This document shows positions 1 to 8,405 of a stretch of DNA of 32,613 bases, one piece after another (position 1 is the stretch's first letter; each line of letters opens with the position of its first letter). Position numbers and translations under genes: made by a program. Source of the DNA: Promethearchaeota archaeon (GTDB taxonomy: Archaea > Asgardarchaeota > Lokiarchaeia > Sigyniarchaeales > SOKP01). The DNA lies in contig JBHLMQ010000035.1 of NCBI GenBank assembly GCA_048938005.1, positions 1 through 32,613 of the forward strand, written 5' to 3'. The notes beneath the pieces were generated by a model. It did no database searches and was not told the DNA's origin. It saw only the letters and a list, made by a program, of their open reading frames with translations.

Positions 1-726
1 GGGTGAAAGACCCGCTTTAAACATTTTACGAAGAAAATCGAACGTTTGCTTAGAATCTGGATATTTCTTAATTACTTTTTCTGTAGCAGGCACATAATCT
101 GGACCGCGATATTCAGCAGGACGATTTCGTTCACAATCCATAATTGTGGAATTTACATATGATGGGCAAAATACAGAGATCTTTATTTTTGAATGTACTT
201 GTTCAAGTTCTCTGGCTAAAGCTTCAGAGAGGCCAACAACACCATGTTTTGTAGCAGAATAAATCCCAGTTTCCCCACCTGACATAAGTCCCGCAAGAGA
301 CGACGTATTTACTATATGACACTCATTATCTTGTTTAAGCATAATTGGGACAAAATTTCGAATGCCATGAATTACACCCCAAAAGTTTACATTAATAATC
401 CATTTCAAATCGGATAGAGAATGTTCCCATATAAAACCAGGCAAAACAACCCCTGCATTATTACATAATAAATGTACTTCACCGAAAGTATCTATTGTTT
501 TTTTCGCTAACGCTTCAACATCTTCCGCTTTTGTAACATCTGTTAATATTGATAACACTGATACTCCTAATGTTTTCAATTCATCTTCAGCTTTAGATAA
601 TGCGTCTGATTCAATATCAGCAAGTACGATCTTCATCCCTTCCTTAGCAGCTATATTAGCAATTCCACGTCCAATACCATTTGCGCCACCAGTAATAACA
701 GCTACTTTATCTTTAAAATCTTTCAT
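1..726 (-). CDS. Short-chain dehydrogenase/reductase (SDR), 3'-partial (runs off the window start)
   Basis: Not in the ORF track. Manual translation from the ATG at 726 gives MKDFKDKVAVITGGANGIGRGIA (TGxxxGIG), then NNAG and the catalytic YSATK (YxxxK). Confidence 0.93.
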   Translation of the reverse strand, partial: MKDFKDKVAVITGGANGIGRGIANIAAKEGMKIVLADIESDALSKAEDELKTLGVSVLSILTDVTKAEDVEALAKKTIDTFGEVHLLCNNAGVVLPGFIWEHSLSDLKWIINVNFWGVIHGIRNFVPIMLKQDNECHIVNTSSLAGLMSGGETGIYSATKHGVVGLSEALARELEQVHSKIKISVFCPSYVNSTIMDCERNRPAEYRGPDYVPATEKVIKKYPDSKQTFDFLRKMFKAGLSP

Positions 727-851
727 ATATATCTCACTCTAATTTCTTTATTATAAAATCAACATTGATTATTTATAGAAGATAATGATGTTATTTATAA
801 TGTTTATGTAAAAACTGTCAAAATTAAACAAGATAATAAGGAAGAAGAAAA

Positions 852-2072
852 TTACTTTAAATAATGCAATGCTGTCAATGCGTACATTTTAGTAGCATTA
901 ATTAAATCTTTAATGTAGACAAATTCATCGGCAGCATGAGCATTTGTATCGTTGCGACCTGTACCAATTAAGATAGTTTCAATCCCTCTTTCTTGAAACC
1001 AATGAGCATCGGTCGAAGGCATAAATAACTTAAATTCCCGTTCTTCATTATAGATTGCTTGAGCAGATTGTTGAACAGCTTTAGCAAAATCAGATTTACC
1101 ATCGATTACAAAGGGTTCCAGTGAAATAGGGATTTGTACTATGATATCCAGATAAGGATCTTCCTTCTTTAATTCCTCTACATAATCTAATATTCGTTTC
1201 TTGATGCTTGCAATATCTTGTTCCGGAATTGTGTTAACGCTACAATGAAGGTAACATTTATCGGGCACAGTAGTAATTTTATTTCCACCATGAATTTCTG
1301 CTAAATTTATGTAGCTAACTTTAGTTGTAAAACCCACTGGTAAAGCGTATTCAGTTTCTCTAGTCATAAATTCTTTATTTAAATCTGATAAGAAGTTCAT
1401 AATTTTCACCATTCTATCTATAGTATTTATTCCAGAATGTTTAGTACGGTAAGGAAGTGGTAGATCTGGAGCTCCCAAGCCATGTGCTTGTTTTCCAAAT
1501 ATAGTAATAGTTATATACATTGTTCCACCAGTATAACCAAAAGGATATTCTGCTGGAGCGTCTCCTAATAAGCAGACATCACCCTTTACTAATCCTTCTC
1601 CCAGCAAATACGCTGCACCTCTAAGTCCACCTAATTCTTCGTCACCTACAGCTGTTAAAATTAATTTTCCCTTGAGTTTAATTCCTACATCAATTAAAGC
1701 TTTAGCCGCAAATATTTCAGCAGTTACACAAGATTTATCATCACACGCACCACGTCCATAAATTTTACCATTAGTTATTTCACCACCAAATGGATCTTTC
1801 GTCCAGTTTTTAAAAGCTTGTACTGTATCATAATGGGCATTGAAAATCAATGTCTTTCCATTTCCCTCTCCTATCTCTCCTATAACATTTTTTCTCTTTA
1901 TCTGTGTTTTTAATCCGATTTTTTTCATTTTACTCTCAGTAAATTTAGCAATTTCTTGATATTTAGAGGGTGGATTTTCTGAGGGGATTTGAATACTTTT
2001 TTGATGAAATTTAATAATTTCATCCTTCATATCGTCTATTTTTTTAAGAATTAATTTCTCTAAATTCTCCAT
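852..2072 (-). CDS. M20 family metallopeptidase/deacylase (ArgE/DapE-like)
   Basis: Motifs FNAHYDTV, GRGACDDK, GDEE and C-terminal AHAADE; 406 aa. Confidence 0.9.
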   Translation of the reverse strand: MENLEKLILKKIDDMKDEIIKFHQKSIQIPSENPPSKYQEIAKFTESKMKKIGLKTQIKRKNVIGEIGEGNGKTLIFNAHYDTVQAFKNWTKDPFGGEITNGKIYGRGACDDKSCVTAEIFAAKALIDVGIKLKGKLILTAVGDEELGGLRGAAYLLGEGLVKGDVCLLGDAPAEYPFGYTGGTMYITITIFGKQAHGLGAPDLPLPYRTKHSGINTIDRMVKIMNFLSDLNKEFMTRETEYALPVGFTTKVSYINLAEIHGGNKITTVPDKCYLHCSVNTIPEQDIASIKKRILDYVEELKKEDPYLDIIVQIPISLEPFVIDGKSDFAKAVQQSAQAIYNEEREFKLFMPSTDAHWFQERGIETILIGTGRNDTNAHAADEFVYIKDLINATKMYALTALHYLK

Positions 2073-2212
2073 TTTTATTCCTATAAAGTTTCCTATAATA
2101 ATTCTTGTATAAAGAAAAATATAAAACTATAAAATTAAAAAACTATCTACCACATATTTAGATTGTTATTTCTAATAAAAAGAATCAATTTGAAAAAAGA
2201 ATAAAGTGATAT

Positions 2213-3223
2213 ATGATGGCAAAAAGAGTTGCAATCAACGGTTTCGGGCGTATAGGGCGCCTATTTTTTCGAGCAGTATACGATAATTTCTGGAATGATA
2301 TTGATATCGTGTCCATCAACGATCTTTTCGAAGCAAAATATTTAGCTTATGCGTTAAAATATGACTCTGTCTTCGGAAGATTTAAAGGAAACGTTGAGGC
2401 GAGAGATAAGTCCTTGATTATTCATGGTAAAGAAATTCCTATTACTGCTGAAAGAGATCCTGCGAATTTACCACATGCTAGTAATAATGTTGATGTAGCT
2501 GTTGAGTCAACTGGACGTTTTGTAGCTAGAGATGGTGCAAGTAAACATCTAACTGCTGGTGCGAAAAGGGTTTTGATCAGTGCTCCAGCAACAGATCCAG
2601 ATATTACAGTTGTATTGGGATGTAATGATGATAAATTAACAGCTGAACACAGGATAATCTCGAATGCATCCTGTACTACAAATTGCCTAGCACCAGTTGT
2701 TAAAGTTTTGAACGAAAATTTTAAGATTAAGTACGGGTTGATGACAACAATTCACTCATATACTAATGATCAAACAACGGCAGATATTGCTAGAGCAGGA
2801 ACTCCTGAAAAAATGATCCGTGGAAGAGCCGCTGCTCAAAATATGATCCCTACATCGACTGGAGCTGCGAAGGCAATTGGCTTAGTTTTTCCAGAACTGA
2901 AAGGAAAACTAGATGGTATTGCTGTAAGAGTACCCACACTTGATGGTAGCGTTGTTGATTTAAAAGCTGTAGTAGAAAATAGGTGCACTGCCGAGGATAT
3001 AAATTCTAAAATGCGAGAAGCTTCTAATAATAGTTTAAGAGGCATCTTAGAATATACGGAAGATCCTATTGTAAGTAGTGATATCATTGGCAATCCCCAT
3101 AGCTCAATATTTAACAGTCTTTGGACTAAGGTTGTTGAAGATCAAGTTTTTGTTTTGAGTTGGTATGATAATGAATGGGGCTTTTCAAATCGAATGGCTG
3201 AGTTAATAATTAAAAGGTTATAA
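2213..3223 (+). CDS. gap: Glyceraldehyde-3-phosphate dehydrogenase, type I (bacterial/eukaryotic class)
   Basis: INGFGRIGR, active-site NASCTTNCLAP, TTIHSYT, RVPT and WYDNEWGFS. Confidence 0.96.
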   Translation: MMAKRVAINGFGRIGRLFFRAVYDNFWNDIDIVSINDLFEAKYLAYALKYDSVFGRFKGNVEARDKSLIIHGKEIPITAERDPANLPHASNNVDVAVESTGRFVARDGASKHLTAGAKRVLISAPATDPDITVVLGCNDDKLTAEHRIISNASCTTNCLAPVVKVLNENFKIKYGLMTTIHSYTNDQTTADIARAGTPEKMIRGRAAAQNMIPTSTGAAKAIGLVFPELKGKLDGIAVRVPTLDGSVVDLKAVVENRCTAEDINSKMREASNNSLRGILEYTEDPIVSSDIIGNPHSSIFNSLWTKVVEDQVFVLSWYDNEWGFSNRMAELIIKRL

Positions 3224-3237
3224 ATATATAATCCATT

Positions 3238-3261
3238 TACTTCTTTTTTTTATTATTTTTA
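3238..3261. terminator. Oligo-T tract between convergent genes; probable archaeal-type terminator of gap
   Basis: T-rich run (ttcttttttttttattattttt) about 15 nt after the gap stop codon. Confidence 0.4.
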
Positions 3262-3816
3262 TTAAATTATAAAATTCAAATAAATCATTGTGAGGATTAA
3301 AGAACAACTAAATAGGATTATAAAAAGATTAGAACTCCAATGTTTAATCCTTTTTCTTATAAACATAAATCTAAATCCCACAGCAACGTGGATTATGATA
3401 CAAATTGATAGAAAGAAATCATAATAGATATGTGAATCAAACGGTATTACTATTCCTATGCTTTCAGCGTACCATTCATAGTAGCCTAAACCAGATAAAA
3501 CAACTAGGGCAGCTAAAATAATTATTACTCTGTTTGTGATTAATTGTATTAATCTTAATATGTAGATAGGGCGTGCTCTTTTATTTTTCAGGCCTCTAAA
3601 TATACGAATCCACCAGAGTTTCAAATATTTTTGTGAAAGAATGCAATGTATAATTAATAATCCCATTAAAATCCATTCAGAACCTAAGTGCAGAAAGGGG
3701 TAAAAATCATAAATTTCAAGAAATTTACGTAAAGCCACTATAATAAGTACTATAAATGAAGAAAAAGCAAGCAACCAAGAGATTTTCCTATGTATTTTTA
3801 ATCCTTGAATTTTCAT
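3262..3816 (-). CDS. Integral membrane protein with two H-x13-H helices (cytochrome b/DUF4405-like)
   Basis: About 5 hydrophobic segments; His pairs H43/H57 and H129/H143; 2-bp gap from the upstream methyltransferase. Confidence 0.6.
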   Translation of the reverse strand: MKIQGLKIHRKISWLLAFSSFIVLIIVALRKFLEIYDFYPFLHLGSEWILMGLLIIHCILSQKYLKLWWIRIFRGLKNKRARPIYILRLIQLITNRVIIILAALVVLSGLGYYEWYAESIGIVIPFDSHIYYDFFLSICIIIHVAVGFRFMFIRKRIKHWSSNLFIILFSCSLILTMIYLNFII

Positions 3817-3818
3817 AA

Positions 3819-4481
3819 TTAAATAACCTTTTTCTTAAAGTTCAATTGATAAACAAACCAATTCCCAAATTGTTCATTTAAATCAAAACCAGCTTCATCT
3901 GCCCACTTTTTTTCTGTTTTTCTTCGTGGGTAATCAGGATCGGGAAGCATTTCACTTAAAGATATCAAACCATCAGGTTTTAAAACTCTTTTAATTTCTT
4001 TAAGAGCTCTGACAGGTTCAGGAATTTCGGGAAGACAAGCAATCATTAGAACGCGATCAACACTTTCATCTTCAAATGAAAGATTATAGGCATCATCTAT
4101 TTTAGGAATGATATTTGTGATATTCTCCTTTTCAATTCTTTTCTTAAGTCGGTTAATTACAGATTCTTGTATATCTACAGCATATACCTTACCATCCGGT
4201 AAAACCCTCTTTGCAACCGCTTTTGTGTAACTCCCTTTTCCTGGTCCAATTTCTATAATAGTCATCCCTGGTTTTAGATTCATACGTTCTGCAATTTTTT
4301 CAGGTTTTTGGATAAACTTTCTTCTAATTGGATTATCGATAAAACGAGTCATAAACGCAGGAATAGGAAATTTATAATATCTTCGAATTATTCTTAGTAC
4401 AACAAATACAATAAAAAACAAAATACCTAGGATTATTAGAAATATTAAAAAAACAATCCATAGAATTGACCAGAAATCCAT
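3819..4481 (-). CDS. Class I SAM-dependent methyltransferase with N-terminal membrane anchor
   Basis: Motif I IEIGPGKG, VYAVDIQ, SVDRV and RVLKPDG; hydrophobic residues about 4-30. Confidence 0.9.
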   Translation of the reverse strand: MDFWSILWIVFLIFLIILGILFFIVFVVLRIIRRYYKFPIPAFMTRFIDNPIRRKFIQKPEKIAERMNLKPGMTIIEIGPGKGSYTKAVAKRVLPDGKVYAVDIQESVINRLKKRIEKENITNIIPKIDDAYNLSFEDESVDRVLMIACLPEIPEPVRALKEIKRVLKPDGLISLSEMLPDPDYPRRKTEKKWADEAGFDLNEQFGNWFVYQLNFKKKVI

Positions 4482-4572
4482 TGATATAAATCTCTAACAG
4501 TTCTAGAAAGATGAATTAATTAATTGTATAAAAGAATAATCCTTTTAAAGCTCTTTAAATAATTAATAAACC

Positions 4573-5511
4573 ATGGATCTTAGCGCGGGAAAACCTATTG
4601 AAATAACAGATAAAAGCTTATTTGATGAATATTTTCGCAAATATCCTCCGGAAACTTCTGAATTTACCTTTACAAATCTCTTTATGTGGAGGAATTACTA
4701 TAATTTCTTATTTTTAGAATTTAAAGAGCATTTAATCCTTTATTCTTTTGACTACTTGAAAAATAGAAAAAAGCCAATTAATACAGACTCTAAAATTTAT
4801 ATTTATTTGTTTCCTCCAATTGGCCCTAATCCCGAAAAAATTATAATTAAATTATTTGAAACACTTGGAAATGTAGAAGTTCATAGAGTCTCAGAGAATA
4901 TCTGTGTTAGTTTAAGAGAAAATGAGAAATTTTCTAAATTGAATTTGGACTGTCTTGAAGATCGTAATAATTGGGACTATGTCCATAACAAAGAAGAGAT
5001 TCTTAATTTAGCGGGAAATAAGTACAGACAAAATAGAAGATGGTTACAAAAATTCTTAAACAATTACGATTATGATTTCAAATTATTGACAGGAGATCTT
5101 GTTGAAAAATGCAAAGAGCTCCAATTGGAATGGTGTATAATGAGAGCTTGTACTGAAGATGAGAGTTTAGAGGCAGAACAAGAAGCTATATACGAAGCTT
5201 TAAATAATTTTGATACACTTGGATTTAGTGGCGGATTATTATGTGTGAATGATAAATGTGCCGCTTACACGTTCGGTGAAATGCTAAATAAAAACACTTT
5301 AGTGATACATATTGAGAAAGCTCATGCCGAATATGAGGGTTCTTATCAAGCAATCAATAATTTCTTTTTAAAAAATTGCTGCGTAGATGCGGTTTATGTT
5401 AATAGAGAACAGGATTTAGGAATAGAAGGGCTAAGAAGAGCAAAAGAGTCCTATAAACCTATCAAAATGGTAAAGAAAAGCATTATTTATCAAAAAAAAG
5501 TAATTAAATAA
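4573..5511 (+). CDS. DUF2156 / phosphatidylglycerol lysyltransferase C-terminal-like domain protein (stand-alone)
   Basis: SEFTFTNLFMW, DRNNWDYV, LAGNKY, IHIEKA and NREQDLGIEGLRRAKESYKP, typical of this family. Confidence 0.88.
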   Translation: MDLSAGKPIEITDKSLFDEYFRKYPPETSEFTFTNLFMWRNYYNFLFLEFKEHLILYSFDYLKNRKKPINTDSKIYIYLFPPIGPNPEKIIIKLFETLGNVEVHRVSENICVSLRENEKFSKLNLDCLEDRNNWDYVHNKEEILNLAGNKYRQNRRWLQKFLNNYDYDFKLLTGDLVEKCKELQLEWCIMRACTEDESLEAEQEAIYEALNNFDTLGFSGGLLCVNDKCAAYTFGEMLNKNTLVIHIEKAHAEYEGSYQAINNFFLKNCCVDAVYVNREQDLGIEGLRRAKESYKPIKMVKKSIIYQKKVIK

Positions 5512-5543
5512 GATTTATTGCTTTTAATAAAAGGAATATATTT

Positions 5544-6245
5544 TTATTTTTTATTTGTAAATCTTTTTAGCTCCATTTCTTCGAATAGAATTTTAACAGG
5601 TATGCCTATGTTATAAAAATAAATATATTTTTCTTGATTAGGGTTCTCCTTTTGCTCCTTAGCACACTGTTCCTCAAATTCCATACCTAATTTATAAAAT
5701 AGTTTTTGCCATCTCTTCCATTGATTCTCAGTTAGAAAAAAGCCCCCCATATAAAGAAGACTAATATCCTGTTTTGTGTAATTTGTCGTTGTATAAATTT
5801 GTTTAAAAAATTCTACTATATCATCAGAATCAGTCTCTTCTATATATTCACAGAATTTGATATATCTATCTATCATCTTTCTATTATATATTGCAAAAGA
5901 TTTTCTTGATTTAGCAATTTTTTGAACAAGTTCCTTATCTAAACCGTCTGAAAGATCATAACCCCATATTAAGGTTTTTTCATCAGCATCAGTAGTTAGA
6001 GAATAATAATGGGCCTCTATATTTGCCCTAATATGTTCTTTTTTAGAAATTTCAACAATTCCAAGCTCGATTAATTTTTGTAAATGAGGATGTATTGTAG
6101 ATTTTGACTTTCCTAATTTTTTCGCTAATTCGGTAAAACTTAATTCAGGATATACCTTCAATAGACCCCATATTCGCAATCGTATTCCCGTTAAATCTAA
6201 AATATCAATTGTTGGCTTTATTTGATTTTCTTCCATACCACCCAC
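5544..6245 (-). CDS. Winged helix-turn-helix transcriptional regulator (ArsR/HTH_20-like); true start may be the ATG at 6236
   Basis: RLRIWGLL..ELSFTELAKKLGKSKSTIHPHLQKLIELGIV; a GGTGG SD-like sequence lies before ATG 6236. Confidence 0.85.
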   Translation of the reverse strand: MGGMEENQIKPTIDILDLTGIRLRIWGLLKVYPELSFTELAKKLGKSKSTIHPHLQKLIELGIVEISKKEHIRANIEAHYYSLTTDADEKTLIWGYDLSDGLDKELVQKIAKSRKSFAIYNRKMIDRYIKFCEYIEETDSDDIVEFFKQIYTTTNYTKQDISLLYMGGFFLTENQWKRWQKLFYKLGMEFEEQCAKEQKENPNQEKYIYFYNIGIPVKILFEEMELKRFTNKK

Positions 6246-6361
6246 CTTTATGACAATTTAATGAATAATAAAATACAACTTTTTATTATTTACTACTCCT
6301 TTTTTTTTCTCTTTATTTATTTTAATAGAATCAATTCAAGTTTATAAGTATTATTAATAAT

Positions 6362-6633
6362 ACGAATAATGAAAAGTCGATTATATTAAAAATCTTATTG
6401 CTTCTATATTATTCTATTGGATTATATCGAATCGATTCATATAAATTTATATTTTTATTTTAAATTTATTAAAGTTATTTTGAAAATTCTGATTTCTATT
6501 ATTCGATTAATACCGAAATATTTAAATATAAATGTAATCTAATTTATAAATAAAAACGAATAATAAGGAATTCGATATTTTTTAATATATAATGATTTTT
6601 TTAAAATATACTAAAATTTAACGAATCGATTCG
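6362..6633. promoter_or_regulatory. Array of repeated operator-like motifs between the divergent regulator and the DUF998-like gene
   Basis: ACGAATAAT at 6362 and 6556; reverse copy ATTATTCG at 6498-6505; palindrome GAATCGATTC at 6429 and 6623 (12-bp CGAATCGATTCG at 6622-6633). Confidence 0.6.
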
Positions 6634-6689
6634 GAAAATCTAACAAAAATCAAATAAAGAAATCCAAGGTTTAATTAAAATAAAAGGAG

Positions 6690-7349
6690 TTGAAAAGAAT
6701 TATGGGATTTTTTGAAAAGTTTAATGGGGCATATTTTGCTTTTTTAGCATTAATAGCTACAGGAGTAGGTTTGTTAGTAGCAGTGATAATTTATTTACCG
6801 TTTAATCCTTCTTTTAGCATTTTTACGAATTATTCATGCGATTTACAGGCTGGACCAATTGGAGCTCAAATTTCATATTCCACAGGCATGGTTTTATTAG
6901 CAATCTTTACGATATTTCTTATGCTCTATATAACAAGAGATTTAAAGAAAAATGGTATTGATTATAAATTGACTTTGATATATATAATTACAGGAGTTAT
7001 AGGTCTAATCGGGCTAATAATAGTCGGAATTTTTCCTTTAAACCCAGCAATTACTCTCGCATATGAAATTCACAGAATAGCAGTTATCATTTTCCTTGGT
7101 TTTATGGCTTTTAATTTCATTTGGCTTGGATATTTACAATATACTAACACTGAATATTCTAAATTAATAGCAATCATTGCAATTTTATCAGGAATTTTTT
7201 CAGGTCTATTTTTTGGGGGCTTTATAATTCAGGAATATACACCGGTACCACGTAATGCGATAGTTTATCTTACTGAATGGACATATTATGCATTTCTCAT
7301 ACTTTGGTTAATAGGGCAGGGAATTTATTTTTGGAAAAAGGGAAAATAG
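6690..7349 (+). CDS. DUF998-like multi-pass membrane protein
   Basis: About 6 TM segments; FSIFTNYSCDL, GIFP and HRIA motifs resemble DUF998. Start is TTG 6690 or ATG 6702, after AAGGAG. Confidence 0.65.
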   Translation: MKRIMGFFEKFNGAYFAFLALIATGVGLLVAVIIYLPFNPSFSIFTNYSCDLQAGPIGAQISYSTGMVLLAIFTIFLMLYITRDLKKNGIDYKLTLIYIITGVIGLIGLIIVGIFPLNPAITLAYEIHRIAVIIFLGFMAFNFIWLGYLQYTNTEYSKLIAIIAILSGIFSGLFFGGFIIQEYTPVPRNAIVYLTEWTYYAFLILWLIGQGIYFWKKGK

Positions 7350-7490
7350 TCTTTAAACTAATTTAATTTTGGAAGCGAAATGTATGGATGGAGAATCTTT
7401 ATAACTCTGACTTACACTCTAAATATTACTGGAAACGTATAAGAAATAATAATGAAGGAGAAGAAGGGAAATTTTAATTTTAAATCAGGA

Positions 7491-7569
7491 TATAGAAAAT
7501 GGAGGAGTTGGGTTAGATAAAATACTTCCTGATGAAGCTACTACTAAACCAACAATCCTCCATTCTATA
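7491..7569. repeat. Imperfect inverted repeat (26-nt arms, 27-nt spacer) followed by a T-tract
   Basis: Left arm tatagaaaatggaggagttgggttag (7491-7516); reverse complement of the right arm (7544-7569) is tatagaatggaggattgttggtttag. Confidence 0.85.
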
Positions 7570-7675
7570 CTTCTTTTTTTTTATATTTAAAGTTTGATAT
7601 GTAATCCGAGAAAAAAAACACATAAAAAAATTAATTTTCTAAAATTAAATAAAATTAAAAAAAGGGAAAAAATTT

Positions 7676-8209
7676 ATGGAACAAAAAGCAATGAAGGGAG
7701 AAATTGATAAAAAGTTTGATGAAGCACTTAAACAATTTGAAGAGATATTTCCTAAACTAAATCCTACTGAAGGTGGCTGTGCGGAAGGCACATTAACAGC
7801 TATTTTAAATATACTAGGAATCCAAGATGGATTAATCAATAACATAATGATTCCTTTATCTGGTGGACTAGGTGGTTATAAGTCTGAAAAAGACTGGTAT
7901 GGCCCATGTGGGGCGGTAGTTGGAGGGTGTGCTGCAATAGGAGCAATTTTAGGAGGAAAAGGAAGAGAAAAGATGTCTAATGATTTAATTCCTGTTGCTT
8001 ATATGAAATCGGCACAATTTGCGAAAGAATTTGAGAAGGAATTTGGTTCAGTAATTTGCCCAAATTTATCTGGATATGATTTCAGTGAGCCAGATGCATT
8101 GACGAAATACATCGAAGATGGTACATGGGGAAAAAAATGTTATAAGTACGTTCTATGGGCGATCGACAACATAAGAAAATTAATGCACGAAGAATTAGTA
8201 AAATTTTAA
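7676..8209 (+). CDS. C_GCAxxG_C_C family putative redox-active protein
   Basis: GCAEG, GGLGG, GPCGAVVGG, EFGSVICP and KKC cysteine pattern. Confidence 0.88.
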   Translation: MEQKAMKGEIDKKFDEALKQFEEIFPKLNPTEGGCAEGTLTAILNILGIQDGLINNIMIPLSGGLGGYKSEKDWYGPCGAVVGGCAAIGAILGGKGREKMSNDLIPVAYMKSAQFAKEFEKEFGSVICPNLSGYDFSEPDALTKYIEDGTWGKKCYKYVLWAIDNIRKLMHEELVKF

Positions 8210-8288
8210 TAATAAATACTAAATTTTTTTTTTAATTTTTTGAATATTTTTAGTAATTTGGTAAATCTACGTAAGATATTTAATTATC

Positions 8289-8341
8289 AAGGAATTAAGA
8301 ATTAGATATCAAATTTTAATAAGGAATTAAAAATTGATATC
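8289..8341 (+). repeat. Imperfect direct repeat (about 21-22 bp, 32-bp period) upstream of the HerA-like gene
   Basis: aaggaattaagaattagatatc (8289-8310) and aaggaattaaaaattgatatc (8321-8341). Confidence 0.7.
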
Positions 8342-8405
8342 GCTTAGATTTATATTTTTAAAATTTCTAAGATCATTATAACTTAAATTTATTTATGTGG
8401 TATGA

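Noticed and set aside
7380-7477. Tiny ORFs (20 aa from ATG 7380; 29 aa from ATG 7388)
   Set aside because: No recognisable motif or start signal; consistent with chance.
7529-7536. CTGATGA in the hairpin loop, suggesting a hammerhead ribozyme core or a C/D-box sRNA
   Set aside because: No compatible stem II-GAAA-stem III-UH arrangement could be built, and no D box (CTGA) lies at a suitable distance downstream.
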